Source: Octopus sinensis
Lineage: Eukaryota
Reading direction: 5' to 3'
DNA length: 64,000 nucleotides
NCBI RefSeq assembly: GCF_006345805.1
Contig: NC_043009.1
Coordinates: 48,360,001 to 48,424,000 of the forward strand
The notes under the pieces are model-generated. The model did no database searches. It saw only the letters and a program-made list of their open reading frames with translations, and had not been told where the DNA came from. The first letter of the stretch is position 1. Each line of letters starts with the position of its first letter. Of this stretch, positions 26,827 through 40,121 are shown piece by piece. A program made the translations under genes and the position numbers.

Positions 26827-27096
26827 TTTCCCCAAGACACATGAAGAGCGCGGGCATCTAATCCCAAGATTCCGAGTTCGATTCTAACCAGTGACCTGAA
26901 CAATAATAATAATAACAATAACAACAACAACAATAATAATAATAATAATAATAGTAATGATGATGATGATGATGATGATGATGATAATAATAATAATAAT
27001 AATATAATAATAATAATAATAATAATAACAATAACAACAACAACAATAATAATAATAATAATAATAGTAATGATGATGATGATGATGATGATGATG

Positions 27097-27147
<51 letters not shown>

Positions 27148-27364
27148 GCATGGAAAAATACCTTACGAATGAGAACCCAGGTTCGAAATTTCCCTAAGAC
27201 ACCTGAAGACGTCAAATATAAATAACGTAAATAATGTAAATAATGTTCATAATTCCTCATCTCTTAAATATAGAACTGTAGGACGTGGGTGGCATGTCAA
27301 AAGAGATGTAATACGATGCTCATACTACCGAGCACTAATATAATTCGCCGAGTACGAAACACAT

Positions 27365-27779
27365 ACTCTTTTACTGTTTTAATCCTTTACTTGTTTCAGC
27401 AATTTGATTGTGGCCATGCGGGAGCACCTCCTTTAGTCGAGCAAATAGACCCCAGGACTTATTCTTTATAAGTCTAGTACTTATTCTATCGGTTTTTTTG
27501 CCTAACCGCTAAGTTATGGGGACGTAAACACACTAGCATCCGTGGTCAAGCGATGTTAGAGGGACAAACACAGATACACACATATACACACACATACATA
27601 TATATATTTATATACATATATACGACGGGCTTCTTTCAGTTTCCGTCTACCAAATCCACTCACAAGGCTTTGGTCGGCCCGAGACTATAGTAGAAGACAC
27701 TTGCCCAAGGTGCCACACAGTGGGACTGAACCCGGAACCATGTGGTTGGTAAGCAAGCTACTTACCACACGGCCACTCC
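27365..27779 (-). mobile_element. SINE family A, full length
   Basis: Complete tail, short microsatellite and head ending cttaccacacggccactcc. Confidence 0.92.
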
Positions 27780-28303
27780 ATATTAATATTTTGGACAAAT
27801 GTCGCTAAGGACAAAATAGAGATGATTGATAGCTACTTTTCTGTTATATTTGCTTAAAGAAATGAACATGTAATCGAATTATAGTGTAGCTAAACTAAAT
27901 ATTTGTATGCCATAGGTGACAACATTAATTACATGAAACTACAGAGTTTTATTTGTTCGAGACGTGCATGGGTATGAATTGTTAGAGTGATCTATAATAT
28001 CAGTGTCTCAAGAGAGGTGTCCTGAATGTCTCTCGTAATGTGTACATTTGGCGCAGCATTTTTGTTTTTCACTTCGTTTGTATTTTTCTGCCTTAAGAAT
28101 CTTGTGCGAAATATTAAAATTGTTAAATGTCTTTCAACTACCATGCGTATCCTGAAAGTGAGGTGCTCGATTTCTTCGGGGTTTTTTTTAAGTATATTTT
28201 TCTGGTAATTTCCAAAATCATGTTACTAAACATTTTGGTAAACATTCGCCGATGTATATACGCATATATAAGTTTTCGTGTGGGTATAAGTTTTCAGAGA
28301 GAA

Positions 28304-28335
<32 letters not shown>

Positions 28336-28862
28336 AGAGAAAGAGAGAAAGAGAGAGAGAGAGAGAGAGGTGCACACATGCACATACAGATTTCTCTATA
28401 GATCTTTTGATGTATCTTAATGCATTAATCGCAGAGAATTTAATAGTTTACACAGTTAAACTAATGCACTCAAATTAATATTCAAGTATATATAAATACA
28501 TACACACATATACACTACTAATATCAATATTTAAATAAATATCAATTTATCCTAGATACGGTGCAACGTTTTAATTGCTTACTCAATCCCATAAGCGAAG
28601 GAAAGATTTGTGTACATGTAGGAATCTCTTAAATACAGATTTAAGCTATTCCATTTTACTCGCGGTAAGCTAATAAGGCTGTCGTTTTACGGAACGCCGT
28701 TGCTCTTTGGCGATTAGATATATCAGACAAAAATTCTTGGAATCCCCAACATGCTCACAACGCATAGATAATATGATCAAAACCTAGAGGCCGTACAGCC
28801 AATTTAAAAACTGGAAGCTTAATTCTTAAATGTCGCTTTCGTTATATATTTGCGGAGAAGTT

Positions 28863-29400
28863 GAAGGATGCTCTGTGCTATTAAGCAGAGTTTAAATTGG
28901 TAATGTAAGAATATTAATGCTAAAATATATGTCAATTTAACCCATGCACGGCTCTGTGCCTCGCTTGCTCCATGAATCTCAGCAGAAGTAACACCTGAAG
29001 GATACCCTATGCTACTACGCCGAGTTAAAATTGTGACTGTAAGGATATTAATGCTAAAATATATGCCAATCTAACCTGCACACAGCTCTGTGTCTCGATT
29101 GCTCCATGAATCTCATTAGCGGACATAATTCTTAAAGGATACTCTATGCTAATAAGTCGAGTTAAAATTGTTAATTTAAGAATACTAATGCTAAAATATA
29201 TGTCAATTTAACCTATACACGGCTCTGTGTCTCGATTGCTCCACGAATCTCATTAATGTAGGTAATAGTTGAAGGATACCCTATGCTATTAAATCAAGTT
29301 AGAATTGTTAATATATGAATATTAATGCTATAATAGTGTCAGTTTAACGCAAACACGGCACTATGTCTCGATTGTAACGTGAATCTCATTAGCAGAAGTA
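28863..29400. repeat. Diverged tandem repeat, 4 x 134-137 bp
   Basis: (g/a)aaggat anchor at 28863, 28997, 29134 and 29271; shared atattaatgctaaaatatatgtcaatttaacc and ctcgattgctccatgaatctca blocks. Confidence 0.9.
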
Positions 29401-29728
29401 AAACGCTTTCTTTAAGAAAAAAATACTGCTTTTGGCTATTCTAAATTATTTTTCGTTAAAAACACGATTTTCACAGAATGAAATTCATGTTGGATAACCT
29501 AACATATACACAAGAACAAATAAACGCACACACGAGGACGCACGTTTGTTCACGCAAACACATATATGTATCATGGGTAAAGGGTTAATTATGAATGTGT
29601 GAAAATTATGTATAATATATACACATACATACATAAATATACATATATAGATATGTATGTACACACAGAAACACATACACACACATATATATATATATAC
29701 ATAATACATATATAATTATATATAATAT

Positions 29729-29759
<31 letters not shown>

Positions 29760-30589
29760 AACATAGATTATATATACATATGTATTTATATCGACTAAAT
29801 AACAACACGTGACAATATACATTTTTCAAATGTGACGACCAAGTACGTCTTATCAACTTTAATCAATAAAACCATAAGTAATTGAACAATTAATGGAATT
29901 AAAGTATTGATTAATTTATTAAAACGTTAATTATATAGAAATCGACTAATTATATATCAGAAACATTATCATTATTCTTCTTTTCACCTCTCTTACTTTT
30001 TTTTCTCCCATCTCTCTCTCTTTCTTTCTCTCAGCCACTGTCTTTCTTTCTCTCAACCTCTGTCTTTCTTTCTCTCTCTTTCTTTATGAAATTAAGCGTA
30101 TCAAGGTATGGAATAAAATATCCTAGAAAAAATTCCCTAGCATGTGAAAAGATAAATTTGATAACGCTACACAATGACAAAATCCAATAGCAAGAGCTGG
30201 AAAAGCAAAAACTGGCTAGAAAGGTGTTAACACCTCATATTGGCAAAACACAGAAATAAGTATTATCTCATGCATCGCTAACAAAACACATTAATACTGA
30301 GCTAAAGATGGAGCCTGTAAATGTAGTCGCAAGCCTTGCTAGAAATGATAGTCATATTTTCTTGAATTCAAATTCTACCGTTTAAATGAAGAACACATTG
30401 TATAATGATGTTCTATGATTTCTGTATGTGAAAAAATTGAAAGGGTTTGGTTGCAGTAGGAAAGATTTCGTCGTAGATTTGCTCATTGAGAGCTGACCTC
30501 TCCTTTAAGCAACAATATACAGAACAACAACATAAAGATGATAAAGAGAAACAGCAACAGCAGCAACAATCGCTTCATAATCATAAAAT

Positions 30590-30831
30590 ATTTACTGATA
30601 TATTTCTTTACTACCCACAAGGGGCCAAACACAGAGGGGACAAGCAAGGGCAGACAAAGGGATTAAGTCGATTACATCGACCCCAGTGCGTAACTGGTAC
30701 TTAATTTATCGACCTCGAAAGGATGAAAGGCAAAGTCGACCTCGGCGGAATATGAACTCGGAATGTAACGACAGACGAAATACGGCTACGAATTTCGCCC
30801 GGCGTGCTAACGTTTCTACCAGCTCGCTGCC
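30590..30831 (-). mobile_element. SINE family B with the 184-bp-type tail
   Basis: Minus strand ggcagcgagctggtagaaacgttagcacgccgggcg ... cccttgtgggtagtaaagaaata. Confidence 0.9.
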
Positions 30832-30845
30832 TTCAAAAATAGATC

Positions 30846-30917
30846 TTCCCAAACGGGGAATCGAACCCCGGCCGCCGCGGTGAGAGCACGGAATCCGAAC
30901 CACTAGACCACTTGGGA
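30846..30917 (-). tRNA. trnE-CTC: tRNA-Glu, anticodon CTC, intact cloverleaf
   Basis: TCCCAAG TG GTCT AGTGGTTC GGAT T CCGTG CTCTCAC CGCGG CGGC CGGGG TTCGATT CCCCG TTTGGGA A. 72 nt, all four stems pair (with G-U wobbles), intact A and B boxes, TTTTT Pol III terminator at 30839-30835. Confidence 0.93.
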
Positions 30918-30984
30918 CACAAAACATTTACTGATAGCAAAAAGAAGCGGGGCGGTTCTACGATCAGAAAGAAGGATTTGTATG

Positions 30985-31044
30985 CTGCAGGTTGTCAAGC
31001 GGTAGTGGAGGGAGACAAACACAGACACATACCCTCACACACAA

Positions 31045-31082
<38 letters not shown>

Positions 31083-31265
31083 ACACACATACACACATAC
31101 ACACATACACACATATATAGAGTTTCTTCCACTTTCCGTCTACCAAATCTACTGACAAGACTTTATTCGGGCCGACGCTATAAAAGACACTCGGCCGAGG
31201 CTCCAAGCTGTGGACCAGAATCCTGAACTTTGAGGTACGGAAGCAAGCTTCTTATCACACTGCCA
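30985..31265 (-). mobile_element. SINE family A, decayed
   Basis: ggttgtcaagcggtagtggagggagacaaacacagac...ttccgtctaccaaatc...agcaagcttcttatcacac. Confidence 0.75.
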
Positions 31266-31276
31266 CTGGTATATAT

Positions 31277-31570
31277 ATCACCGTGATCACCGTGACCGAC
31301 CAGGCTATCAGATGTTGCTTTACATCGCTGGTCACTCTGCATTTCGCATTGTTTTGGCTATCAAATGACGCTAGCCCGCTGGCTAAGCGAGCAGGCCAAC
31401 AGAAGAAAGAGTGAGAGCAAGTTGTGGCGAAAGCGTACCGTAGGAATCACCACCACCCCATGCTGGAGCCTCTTGGAGCTTTTGGTGTTTTCGCTCAATA
31501 AACACTCACAACGCCCGGGCTGGGAATCGAAACTGCGATCCTACGACTACTGGACCATTGCACCTCCACT
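31277..31570 (-). mobile_element. tRNA-headed SINE family E
   Basis: Head agtggaggtgcaatggtcc...gtttcgattcccagcccggg; body agaaagagtgagagcaagttgtgg recurs near 62520. Confidence 0.7.
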
Positions 31571-31589
31571 TATATATATATATATATAT

Positions 31590-31939
31590 ATAGTGTAATA
31601 AATAAAATATATGCATACATACATACATATATGTACGTACCTACATCTACATGTATATATACATGCATATATAAATATATATATGTGAGTACAGGACACC
31701 ACAACTAGACGTAGAACTGAACAAGAAATGAAAACGGAAAAACAAGCATGGAACAAACCATTTTTTTACAAGAGAAAAACAGAGTACAAGACAAACTACA
31801 CAAGGAAAAATCCCCTTCATCAGCTGTCCCTAGTTCAACTCTACTCACGTATATATATTTATATATGCATGTATATATACATGTAGATGTAGGTACGTAC
31901 ATATATGTATGTATGCATATATTTTATTTATTACACTAT
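31590..31939. repeat. Inverted repeat, about 100-bp arms and 150-bp spacer
   Basis: 31590-31691 is the reverse complement of 31842-31939 apart from one CATA unit and one substitution. Confidence 0.92.
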
Positions 31940-34241
31940 TGTATGATAGCGCTCTCGCGTCGATTCGATTCGATTCGTTCGTTTCGTTCCGTTCTTATTC
32001 TCCAAGTACTGTTATATATATATATATATATATTATATAATATTATAATATATATATATATATATATACACCATATAATATATATATACATATATATATC
32101 TATATACACATATATACGTACATGTGTGCGTGGGCATGTTTTGAGGTTTACTAATCTTTATGTAAGCGTAAAAGTGTGTGAAGAAACCAAATAATAACTT
32201 CAGATGGCGAGAAAGTTCTTAGATAGAGGTATATCTGAGTTTGTGTTGCACTTTGACCAGGCTAAAAATCAACCACACACTTTACGAGACACAGTTCAAA
32301 GAAGGTGACCTAGGGTTTAAAACAGGTCATTTTAACATAGTGATGACGACTGATCTTTCCTTCTTCATTCGTACTCTCTCTCTCAAACTCTCTCTCTCTC
32401 TCTCTTTCGCTATCCATTTCTCTCTACTCACACAAACTGTCGCATATACTACACACAAACACACACCTATATGAATGTGTACGAAAGTAGTATATATGAG
32501 TATATTTAAAAGCATCTGGGTATGAAGAAGCCTGCAAATGAATATTAAATCTTTGTTAAAGGCATATATGTGTGTACATGTATATGTATATGTATATACA
32601 GGTGCGCGCGCTTGTGTATGTATAGTATGTGTATACGCGACAGTTTGTATTATACATATAAACACACACACACACAACACACATATATATATACATATGT
32701 ATATTTTATCTATATTATACATTTTATATACATTTATATATACATACATACATTGATGTTTATATTTTTATGTTTGTGTCTATATATATCTATTTATATA
32801 TATCATATAGTATATATATATATATATATTATATAATATAGATATATATATAATATATATATATATGCGCAAAAATAAATGTGTACATGCGAATCTACAT
32901 ACATAAACCTAGATACAAATACAAACAAACATTCATGCATGTACAAATGAATGCAAGAGAAGTATTGCCTTAAGATATATCTAAAGCAGAAGGATTATTC
33001 AAATATATACACCAGATTGGAAATATGGCAAAAGGCACTTCTTCCGTTTCTTGGTCATTACCAGAGAAAATCTCACAGCTTATCATAAACTGAAAGCAAT
33101 GCATATATCTTAACTGTCTTAGTTAGAAAATGTGTTTCCTTTTCTATGCAATTATTACGCGTTGGTAATGATATTGGCACACATACACACGCGCAGGTAT
33201 TAACAATAGATGCGATGCAAAGAGACACACATGCTTACACAAGCACACACATTCTAGCGCGCTCGCATATATATATATATATATATATAATATACTCACA
33301 CCTAATGCATATATATATATATATATATGCATGCATATATATACTAACACCCAATGCATATATATATATATATATATATATACGCGTATACATATGTGTA
33401 TGCAACTGCATGATCGTGTATGTTTATATGTATATATATATTTATATATAAATGAATACGTACACTTGTGTGTCTATTTATATCTATATACATAGACATA
33501 TAAAGACATCTATAAGTGCATATTTAGATGCACGAATCCATGTATGTATAACTGTATATTCACAGTTGGATATACAGGGATAGATAATGCATTCTACTCT
33601 GTCTGACTGTCCCTTTCTCTGTCCCTTTTCCTCTCTGTGTGTATGTGTTCATATATATATATACACACATATACATACATACATACATACATATATACAT
33701 ACATACATACATACATACATAACTACATACATACATATACTATATTATATATATATATATATATATAATATATGGCCGCAGTTCTGAGCTGAAACTAGAG
33801 AGAAATACTATATATATATATATATATATATGTCTGTATGTATGTATATGAGTGTATATTTGTGCGTGATAACTACGTTTTGTGCGTGCGTGTATAAATA
33901 TATACTTATACACGCACGTATCTCCATATTACATGTTATTGTATGTATGTTGGCTTGTGTTCAGGAGGTATGTAAATACATACATATACACACACACACA
34001 AACGTACATATTTATACTCATACATACATATACACTTAATTTACATATGCACATATAATTTGGTGATTTCCAATTCTGAATTACATTGTATTCATTCTTT
34101 ATACGCTACGTTACTTCATTCGGAGACTGTCAAATTCTCCGTTGTTCAACAACAGATGTACATTAGTAGGCTATAGATGCATCTCTCTATGTATCTATGT
34201 GTTGTATGTTAGTGGAGTTGTATAGTTGTATATATCTATAG

Positions 34242-34303
<62 letters not shown>

Positions 34304-34654
34304 ATATATATATGTATATATGTATATATATATGTATATTATTGTTATATTTCGGAATGGTCATATTGCCAGTTTAGCCAATAAATATTAAACGTATATG
34401 TATATATATATTTCTAAATGTGCGTCTGGTTTGTGTGTATGCCGTTGATATGTCGATGACTTTTCTATATATATGTATACGTATGTGAGTCCATTGTGTT
34501 TATTGGTTTTTGTAGTTATATATGGTTATGCATGCACGTGTCAGTTGCCCTCGCCGGTTAAACATTTCCTTTTAGTTTATGTGCTCGCATAGAGATACAT
34601 GCATTTACCTGTATACATATATAGGCATGTGTGAATTTGCGTGTGTGTGCGTAC

Positions 34655-34690
<36 letters not shown>

Positions 34691-34860
34691 AAGACATAAG
34701 AGAGAGAGATGCATATATACATGTATATATATGCAAGCTTATAGTGAAGATTCGCGTATCTAATATTAGTGAGGTAAAAAGCTTTAAAATCTGCAAGCAA
34801 GGGAGACAATGTCAGTGACACCAGCTCTGCAGTATTATGTGATATAAACTACACATTTAA

Positions 34861-35072
34861 GGCGGCGAGCTGGCAGAAACGTTAGCACGCCCGGCAAAAT
34901 AATTAGCGGTATTTCGTCTGTCTTTACGTCCTGAGTTCAAATTCCGCCGAGGTCGACTTTGCCTTTCATCCTTTCGGGGTCGATAAATTAAATACCACTT
35001 GCGTACTGGGATCGATCTAATCGACTGTCCACCTCCCCAAAAATCTCGGGCCTTGTGCCTAGAGTAGAAAAG
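34861..35072 (+). mobile_element. SINE family B, full length, with target-site duplication
   Basis: Flanked by aaactacacattt (34846) and aaactatacattt (35075), 12/13 match. Confidence 0.92.
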
Positions 35073-35263
35073 ACAAACTATACATTTGAACCTCATCCGT
35101 TCTTATTGGGAAATTTTTTAACTCAGCCTGCTAGACATAATATTTTATGCATATATATATATATAGATATATATATATATACATACATACATACATGCAT
35201 ACATACATAAATAAATACATATTTACATACAGATCTAACCACAGATACACTCGCACACACATC

Positions 35264-35302
<39 letters not shown>

Positions 35303-35689
35303 AGATAAGAAAATGGAGAAATACATCTAAATCAAATATCAATTACCAGATATTACTCAATCACATACTTTATTAAACCACCACATAAGAGACTGTAGGG
35401 TTAAATATAAAAAAGCAGAACAAGTCTGTGTACATAAAGGAATGTACATAAAAAGTGTACATAAAAGGGTAATGTTGTATAATAAGTAGAATATATATAA
35501 AAGAGAATATAAATATAAGTAAATACAAATATAAGTATAGATTACATCTTAGCAGCTGTTTCGGCCATGTCTCATTTTACCAATATTAGCCCTCTATGGT
35601 TGGTCAATATATTGTTGGGTATTTCACTAGCAGTATATTGGATATATGTTATCCCATGGAGGGTTGCATTTACAACCCCTATCTCAATT

Positions 35690-35726
<37 letters not shown>

Positions 35727-36344
35727 GCATAGGTTCACGCGTAATCGTTTCTATGTTTGTGTGAGACTGTGTCATACAGAACGCTCTTGTATGTTTTTCT
35801 CCTTCAGCTCAATTGTTATTTTTCAAAATCACCGGCGATGGTAGCACTCAATACATGATCACATTTATCTATATTATATGTACAGCATCTTATTTGCGGG
35901 AAATTAAATTTATGTTTCATGACGGAAGGAATATATTTCGCCCAGCACAGCTCAACCGCTTTCATCGTACGGCTTCTTTGCAAGATTCAAGACTTGGCCA
36001 GAAGTCTATCTGTTGCAGCATGATAAGATAGTCAGATGTAATAAATATATGAAAGGCCCCGGTTATTGTACTGCTCGCTTACTTTGATGAGATTGTAAGG
36101 AAAACTATAGAGTGTGCGATGAAAATCTTCAGGTCGACAATGCTCAAAAAGACACGAATATACCATGAAAACAAATGACAACCTAACGGAGCTAGATATC
36201 ACAGGGTTATCAAAGCTATAGGAGACATAACAACAGATATGAATGTGAAGAGAAGCAACAATGAGGGGAAAAAAAGCCTAAAATGATGTCTATAGAGAAT
36301 ATTATCATTTACAGGCAAATGAAGCAGACTAATATGAATAAAAG

Positions 36345-36444
36345 NNNNNNNNNNNNNNNNNNNNNNNNNNNNNNNNNNNNNNNNNNNNNNNNNNNNNNNN
36401 NNNNNNNNNNNNNNNNNNNNNNNNNNNNNNNNNNNNNNNNNNNN
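36345..36444. other. Assembly gap (100 N)
   Basis: Run of N; the round length suggests an unknown-size scaffold gap. Confidence 0.99.
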
Positions 36445-36693
36445 CCTTATGTACACAATTGCTGATAATTTGCATGGGCAAGGGGCAATAATAGTCTTCG
36501 CCAATCACACAAACACCACGCGCGCACGCATGGGCATACAGATTTCAGCGTGAAACGCACATTAGCCATTCAAAAACACACAAAGTACCTTAACTTCATT
36601 TAATGTACTATTGAAACATATACAAAATACCACATGCACACACATGTTGAATGTGTGTATACATTATATATCTATATATATATATATATATTA

Positions 36694-36734
<41 letters not shown>

Positions 36735-36773
36735 ATATATATGTATATATGTATGTATATATATATATATGTA

Positions 36774-36804
<31 letters not shown>

Positions 36805-37048
36805 GCGTCTGTGTTTGTCTATGTCTGTGTGTGTGTGTATGCTTGTGGGTGTGTATGTGTATAGTTGTGTGTATATGTATATGTGTATTATATCTATAAG
36901 TATGTATGTATATTGAGACTTACACGAATTTAGAACAGTCATAAATTGAAATCGTATATCTCTCTGTCATTCTATATTGATGTAGATGTGTGTACAGGCG
37001 TATGTTTAAATATAGGTATACATAATATATAAATACGTACATACATAT

Positions 37049-37093
<45 letters not shown>

Positions 37094-37527
37094 TGTGTGT
37101 GTGTGTGTGTGTGTGGTGTGTGTGTGAGTGTGTGTGAATAAATAAATAAATATATATATGTTCTCCCCATCACAGTCATATCAACAGTAAGTAACGAATG
37201 ACAAATGACTATAGCAATGCTGCGAGTCACAGTGTTGAGATGTTGGAAGCGTGGTCGGGGTGGAGGATAAATGGCGGATTAAAAATAATGAAGAGACATT
37301 GTTTTAAGTATTATCGAAACAACAATCTTTTGTTGTATGACATTTTGTTCGTTGTTATTTTTTGTTTTTCAATCTACTTTTATGTCTGCCCTTACTTATC
37401 CCATCCCCACTTCACCCTTCATTTCTTTTTCTGTTTATTTTTTAGTTAATGGCTTAGTGGAAGCCTTTATTTCAAACACACAAAACACCTATATATATAT
37501 TATATATATTAATATATATATTATATA

Positions 37528-37574
<47 letters not shown>

Positions 37575-37760
37575 GTAGATGTGTTTCGTTCCAGGCAATA
37601 AAAAATGAGTTTTAACTTTATTTGACACGATGTGACGCTAGTGGGTTTTGTCCGCCTGCGTGATGACGGCTAGAAAAATATATATTGGGTAGGGGTGATG
37701 TTTCTCTAATTGTTCTCCTGTTATTATTCATCATCATCATTATTATTATTATTATTATTA

Positions 37761-37812
<52 letters not shown>

Positions 37813-37928
37813 TGCCCAGTCGATCTATCTCACCATCTTTTGTATGATATCACGGAATGCTACCTATGTTTTTGTTTTAAATCTTTCAAATGTTTTGGAT
37901 ATTCTTTTATTATTCATTGTTGTTGTTG

Positions 37929-37966
<38 letters not shown>

Positions 37967-38139
37967 TATTATTATCATTACTGTTTATACTTTCTCGCTT
38001 TTGATCATTTTTACTTATAGTCTATTGTGTCAGGCCAATCGATATAACATAGACAACGTCTTTATATAATCGATAAATATTCATTATATTAACGATCTCT
38101 CTTCATAATATATATATATTATATATATAATATATATTA

Positions 38140-38185
<46 letters not shown>

Positions 38186-38549
38186 CTATATTATATATAT
38201 ATATATAATATATAGATATATATATATATTATATTTATATATATATATTATAATATTATATATATATACATATATATTATCCATGTGGTTACCTTTATGT
38301 GACTCAGTAAACCTACGTGTAAATAAGTCTCATGAGTAGATGGAGCTGAACTAACTTCACATTGGTGAAATTCAGAAAGCTTTTAGACTTGATTTCAACA
38401 CAACATCCTAACAGAAAAGCCCCCTCATGTAGCTTTCTCTGCCACTTGCATCCTTCTTCCTGATTTCTCTATGTGGCCGCAACTGGACAGCCTCTTCCAA
38501 TGTTCCATCAGGAATCTTGTCCCCATCAGCTTTGGTAGACCGTCAGTTT

Positions 38550-38760
38550 CATTATTGTGTTTCTCTACTCAGAACACCAATATTGTTCGGTGGCCTCCAT
38601 CAATTATTAAGATTCCGAATACGCCACAATATAACAACCGATGTGACTTGTTCAGCAATGTAGCATTGACCAGCAAAGCCTACCCTTCATTAATAGTTGT
38701 GTTTTAATTTGTAATCCTTGTAGCAACCTATAAGATTTCGTATCTTCCTGCCATACTGTT
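38550..38760 (-). mobile_element. Possible decayed RTE-clade LINE 3' fragment
   Basis: Minus strand RVGFAGQCYIAEQVTSVVILWR...WRPPNNIGVLSRET resembles the post-RT motif RLRFAGHC.R....V.SD.ILW...GRP......SRDT of RTE-like LINEs; several stops. Confidence 0.45.
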
Positions 38761-38816
38761 ATCTTCCGACAAAATTTTAACACCGGTTGAATGTTAAAAG
38801 TATTATCGTTAATACA

Positions 38817-39150
38817 GGAGTGGCTGTGTGGTAAGTAGCTTGCTTACCAACCACATGGTGGCGGGTTCAGTCCCACTGCGTGGCACCTTCGGGAAGTGTC
38901 TTCTGCTATAGCCTCGGGCCGACAAAAGCCTTGTGACAACCGATGCTGGTGTGTTTACGTCCCCGTCACTTAGCAGTTTGGCAAAAAGTACGATAGAATA
39001 AGTACTAGGCTTGCAAATAATAAGCTCTGGGGTCGACTTTGCCTTTCCTCCTTTCGGGATCGATAAATTAAACACCAGTTGCGTTCTGGGGTCGATCTAA
39101 TCGACTGGCCTCCTCCCTAAATATTTCGGGCCTTGTGCCTAGACTAAAAA
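38817..39150 (+). mobile_element. Chimeric SINE: family A (no internal microsatellite) fused to a family B 3' part
   Basis: Family A head joined directly to its tail (gccttgtga|caaccgatgctgg), then switches to family B at ggtcga (about 39031-39036). Confidence 0.8.
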
Positions 39151-39624
39151 ATAAAAATTATATAGATAGCTGCAGCTTAAATAATTTGAGTAGGTGTTGG
39201 TCAACTTTTATCTAGGCCGTGTCTAACTTAATAACACAACAGTCTTTTAAGTCATGCTTTAGAATATCATAGCCCACGCATCTACAGAATGATTGAATGC
39301 CGAAATGTGTCAGGTGTCGGTGATCGTCTGGCTTTTCTTGGAAGAATTTGTACAGGTGTCGTTTCATTGTTGTTATTTATTATTCATTTTTGAATGATAT
39401 TGAGAAAGACAGAGCGGTTTTAGGTAAAAAGAAGTTATGTCGTAATGTTATTTATATAATGTGAGTTCGAATCGTAAGAGGTGTATGGCTCTGGCTCTGG
39501 GGCCAAAATCGAGCTACTTGTGAACCTGATATCTCTTCACTTTAACCGTATGGTAACTGAGAAACACAGAGAGAAGAATAGATAACAAGATGGCAGTCTT
39601 TGGTTTTTATAGCGTTTTATAGGT

Positions 39625-40110
39625 GTGGCTCTGTCGTGGCTTCTTCGGCCGTGGAAATAAAGGGCTCTTCCATTGGGACGACTGCTGCTTCGTCTTAGGG
39701 TCGTTCCCGTAGACTAACTCTCGTCACTGGTGATGATCTTCGACATAAAGGATGATTTGTCAGTGGTACACTGACGGAAATATTGACAGACCTCGATGCG
39801 ATATTCTTTCTGCCCAGTGGTCAACAGGCAGGGGACAAACTTGGCAGAGACATGCTGCATGTTCACTTCAGACGTTAGGATTACCTGCACGGACCCGTTC
39901 GACAGACCAACATCAGCAATGTCGTTGACTGTCCTTCAACGATCCTAATGCGTAAGCTAATCGATTTTCTTCAGATTCCTGGGATTGAGGACGTGGATGC
40001 TCTTCCAGATCGCTCATTCAGTACCAGGGACATTCTTCTACTTTTGAAGCTACCCTGCCACTTGAAACATTGTGTACGACCCATTGCCTCGTCGCTCAAG
40101 ATACTCAAGA
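39625..40110 (-). mobile_element. Mariner transposase fragment (pseudogene)
   Basis: Minus strand: DEAMGRTQCFKW..SFKSRRMSL..NERSGRASTS ... VGLSNGSVQVILTSEVNMQHVSAKFVPCLLTTGQKEYRIEVCQ...FMSKIITSDES*VYGNDPKTKQQSSQWKSPLFPRPKKPRQS, matching the mariner (WVPRLL, ITGDETWVY.YDPETK.QS) region; truncated at both ends. Confidence 0.92.
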
Positions 40111-40121
40111 CCCACAAGTGC

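Larger units (their letters stand above)
25207..27030. repeat. Tandem duplication, 2 x 912 bp, junctions in (AAT)n/(GAT)n microsatellite
   Basis: agttttatttgactaattaag at 25209 and 26121; copies differ mostly by 1-bp indels in homopolymers. Confidence 0.95.

Noticed and set aside
35820-36344. Possible decayed LINE ORF1 before the gap
   Set aside because: Only a vague resemblance in broken frames; no motif I can name with confidence.
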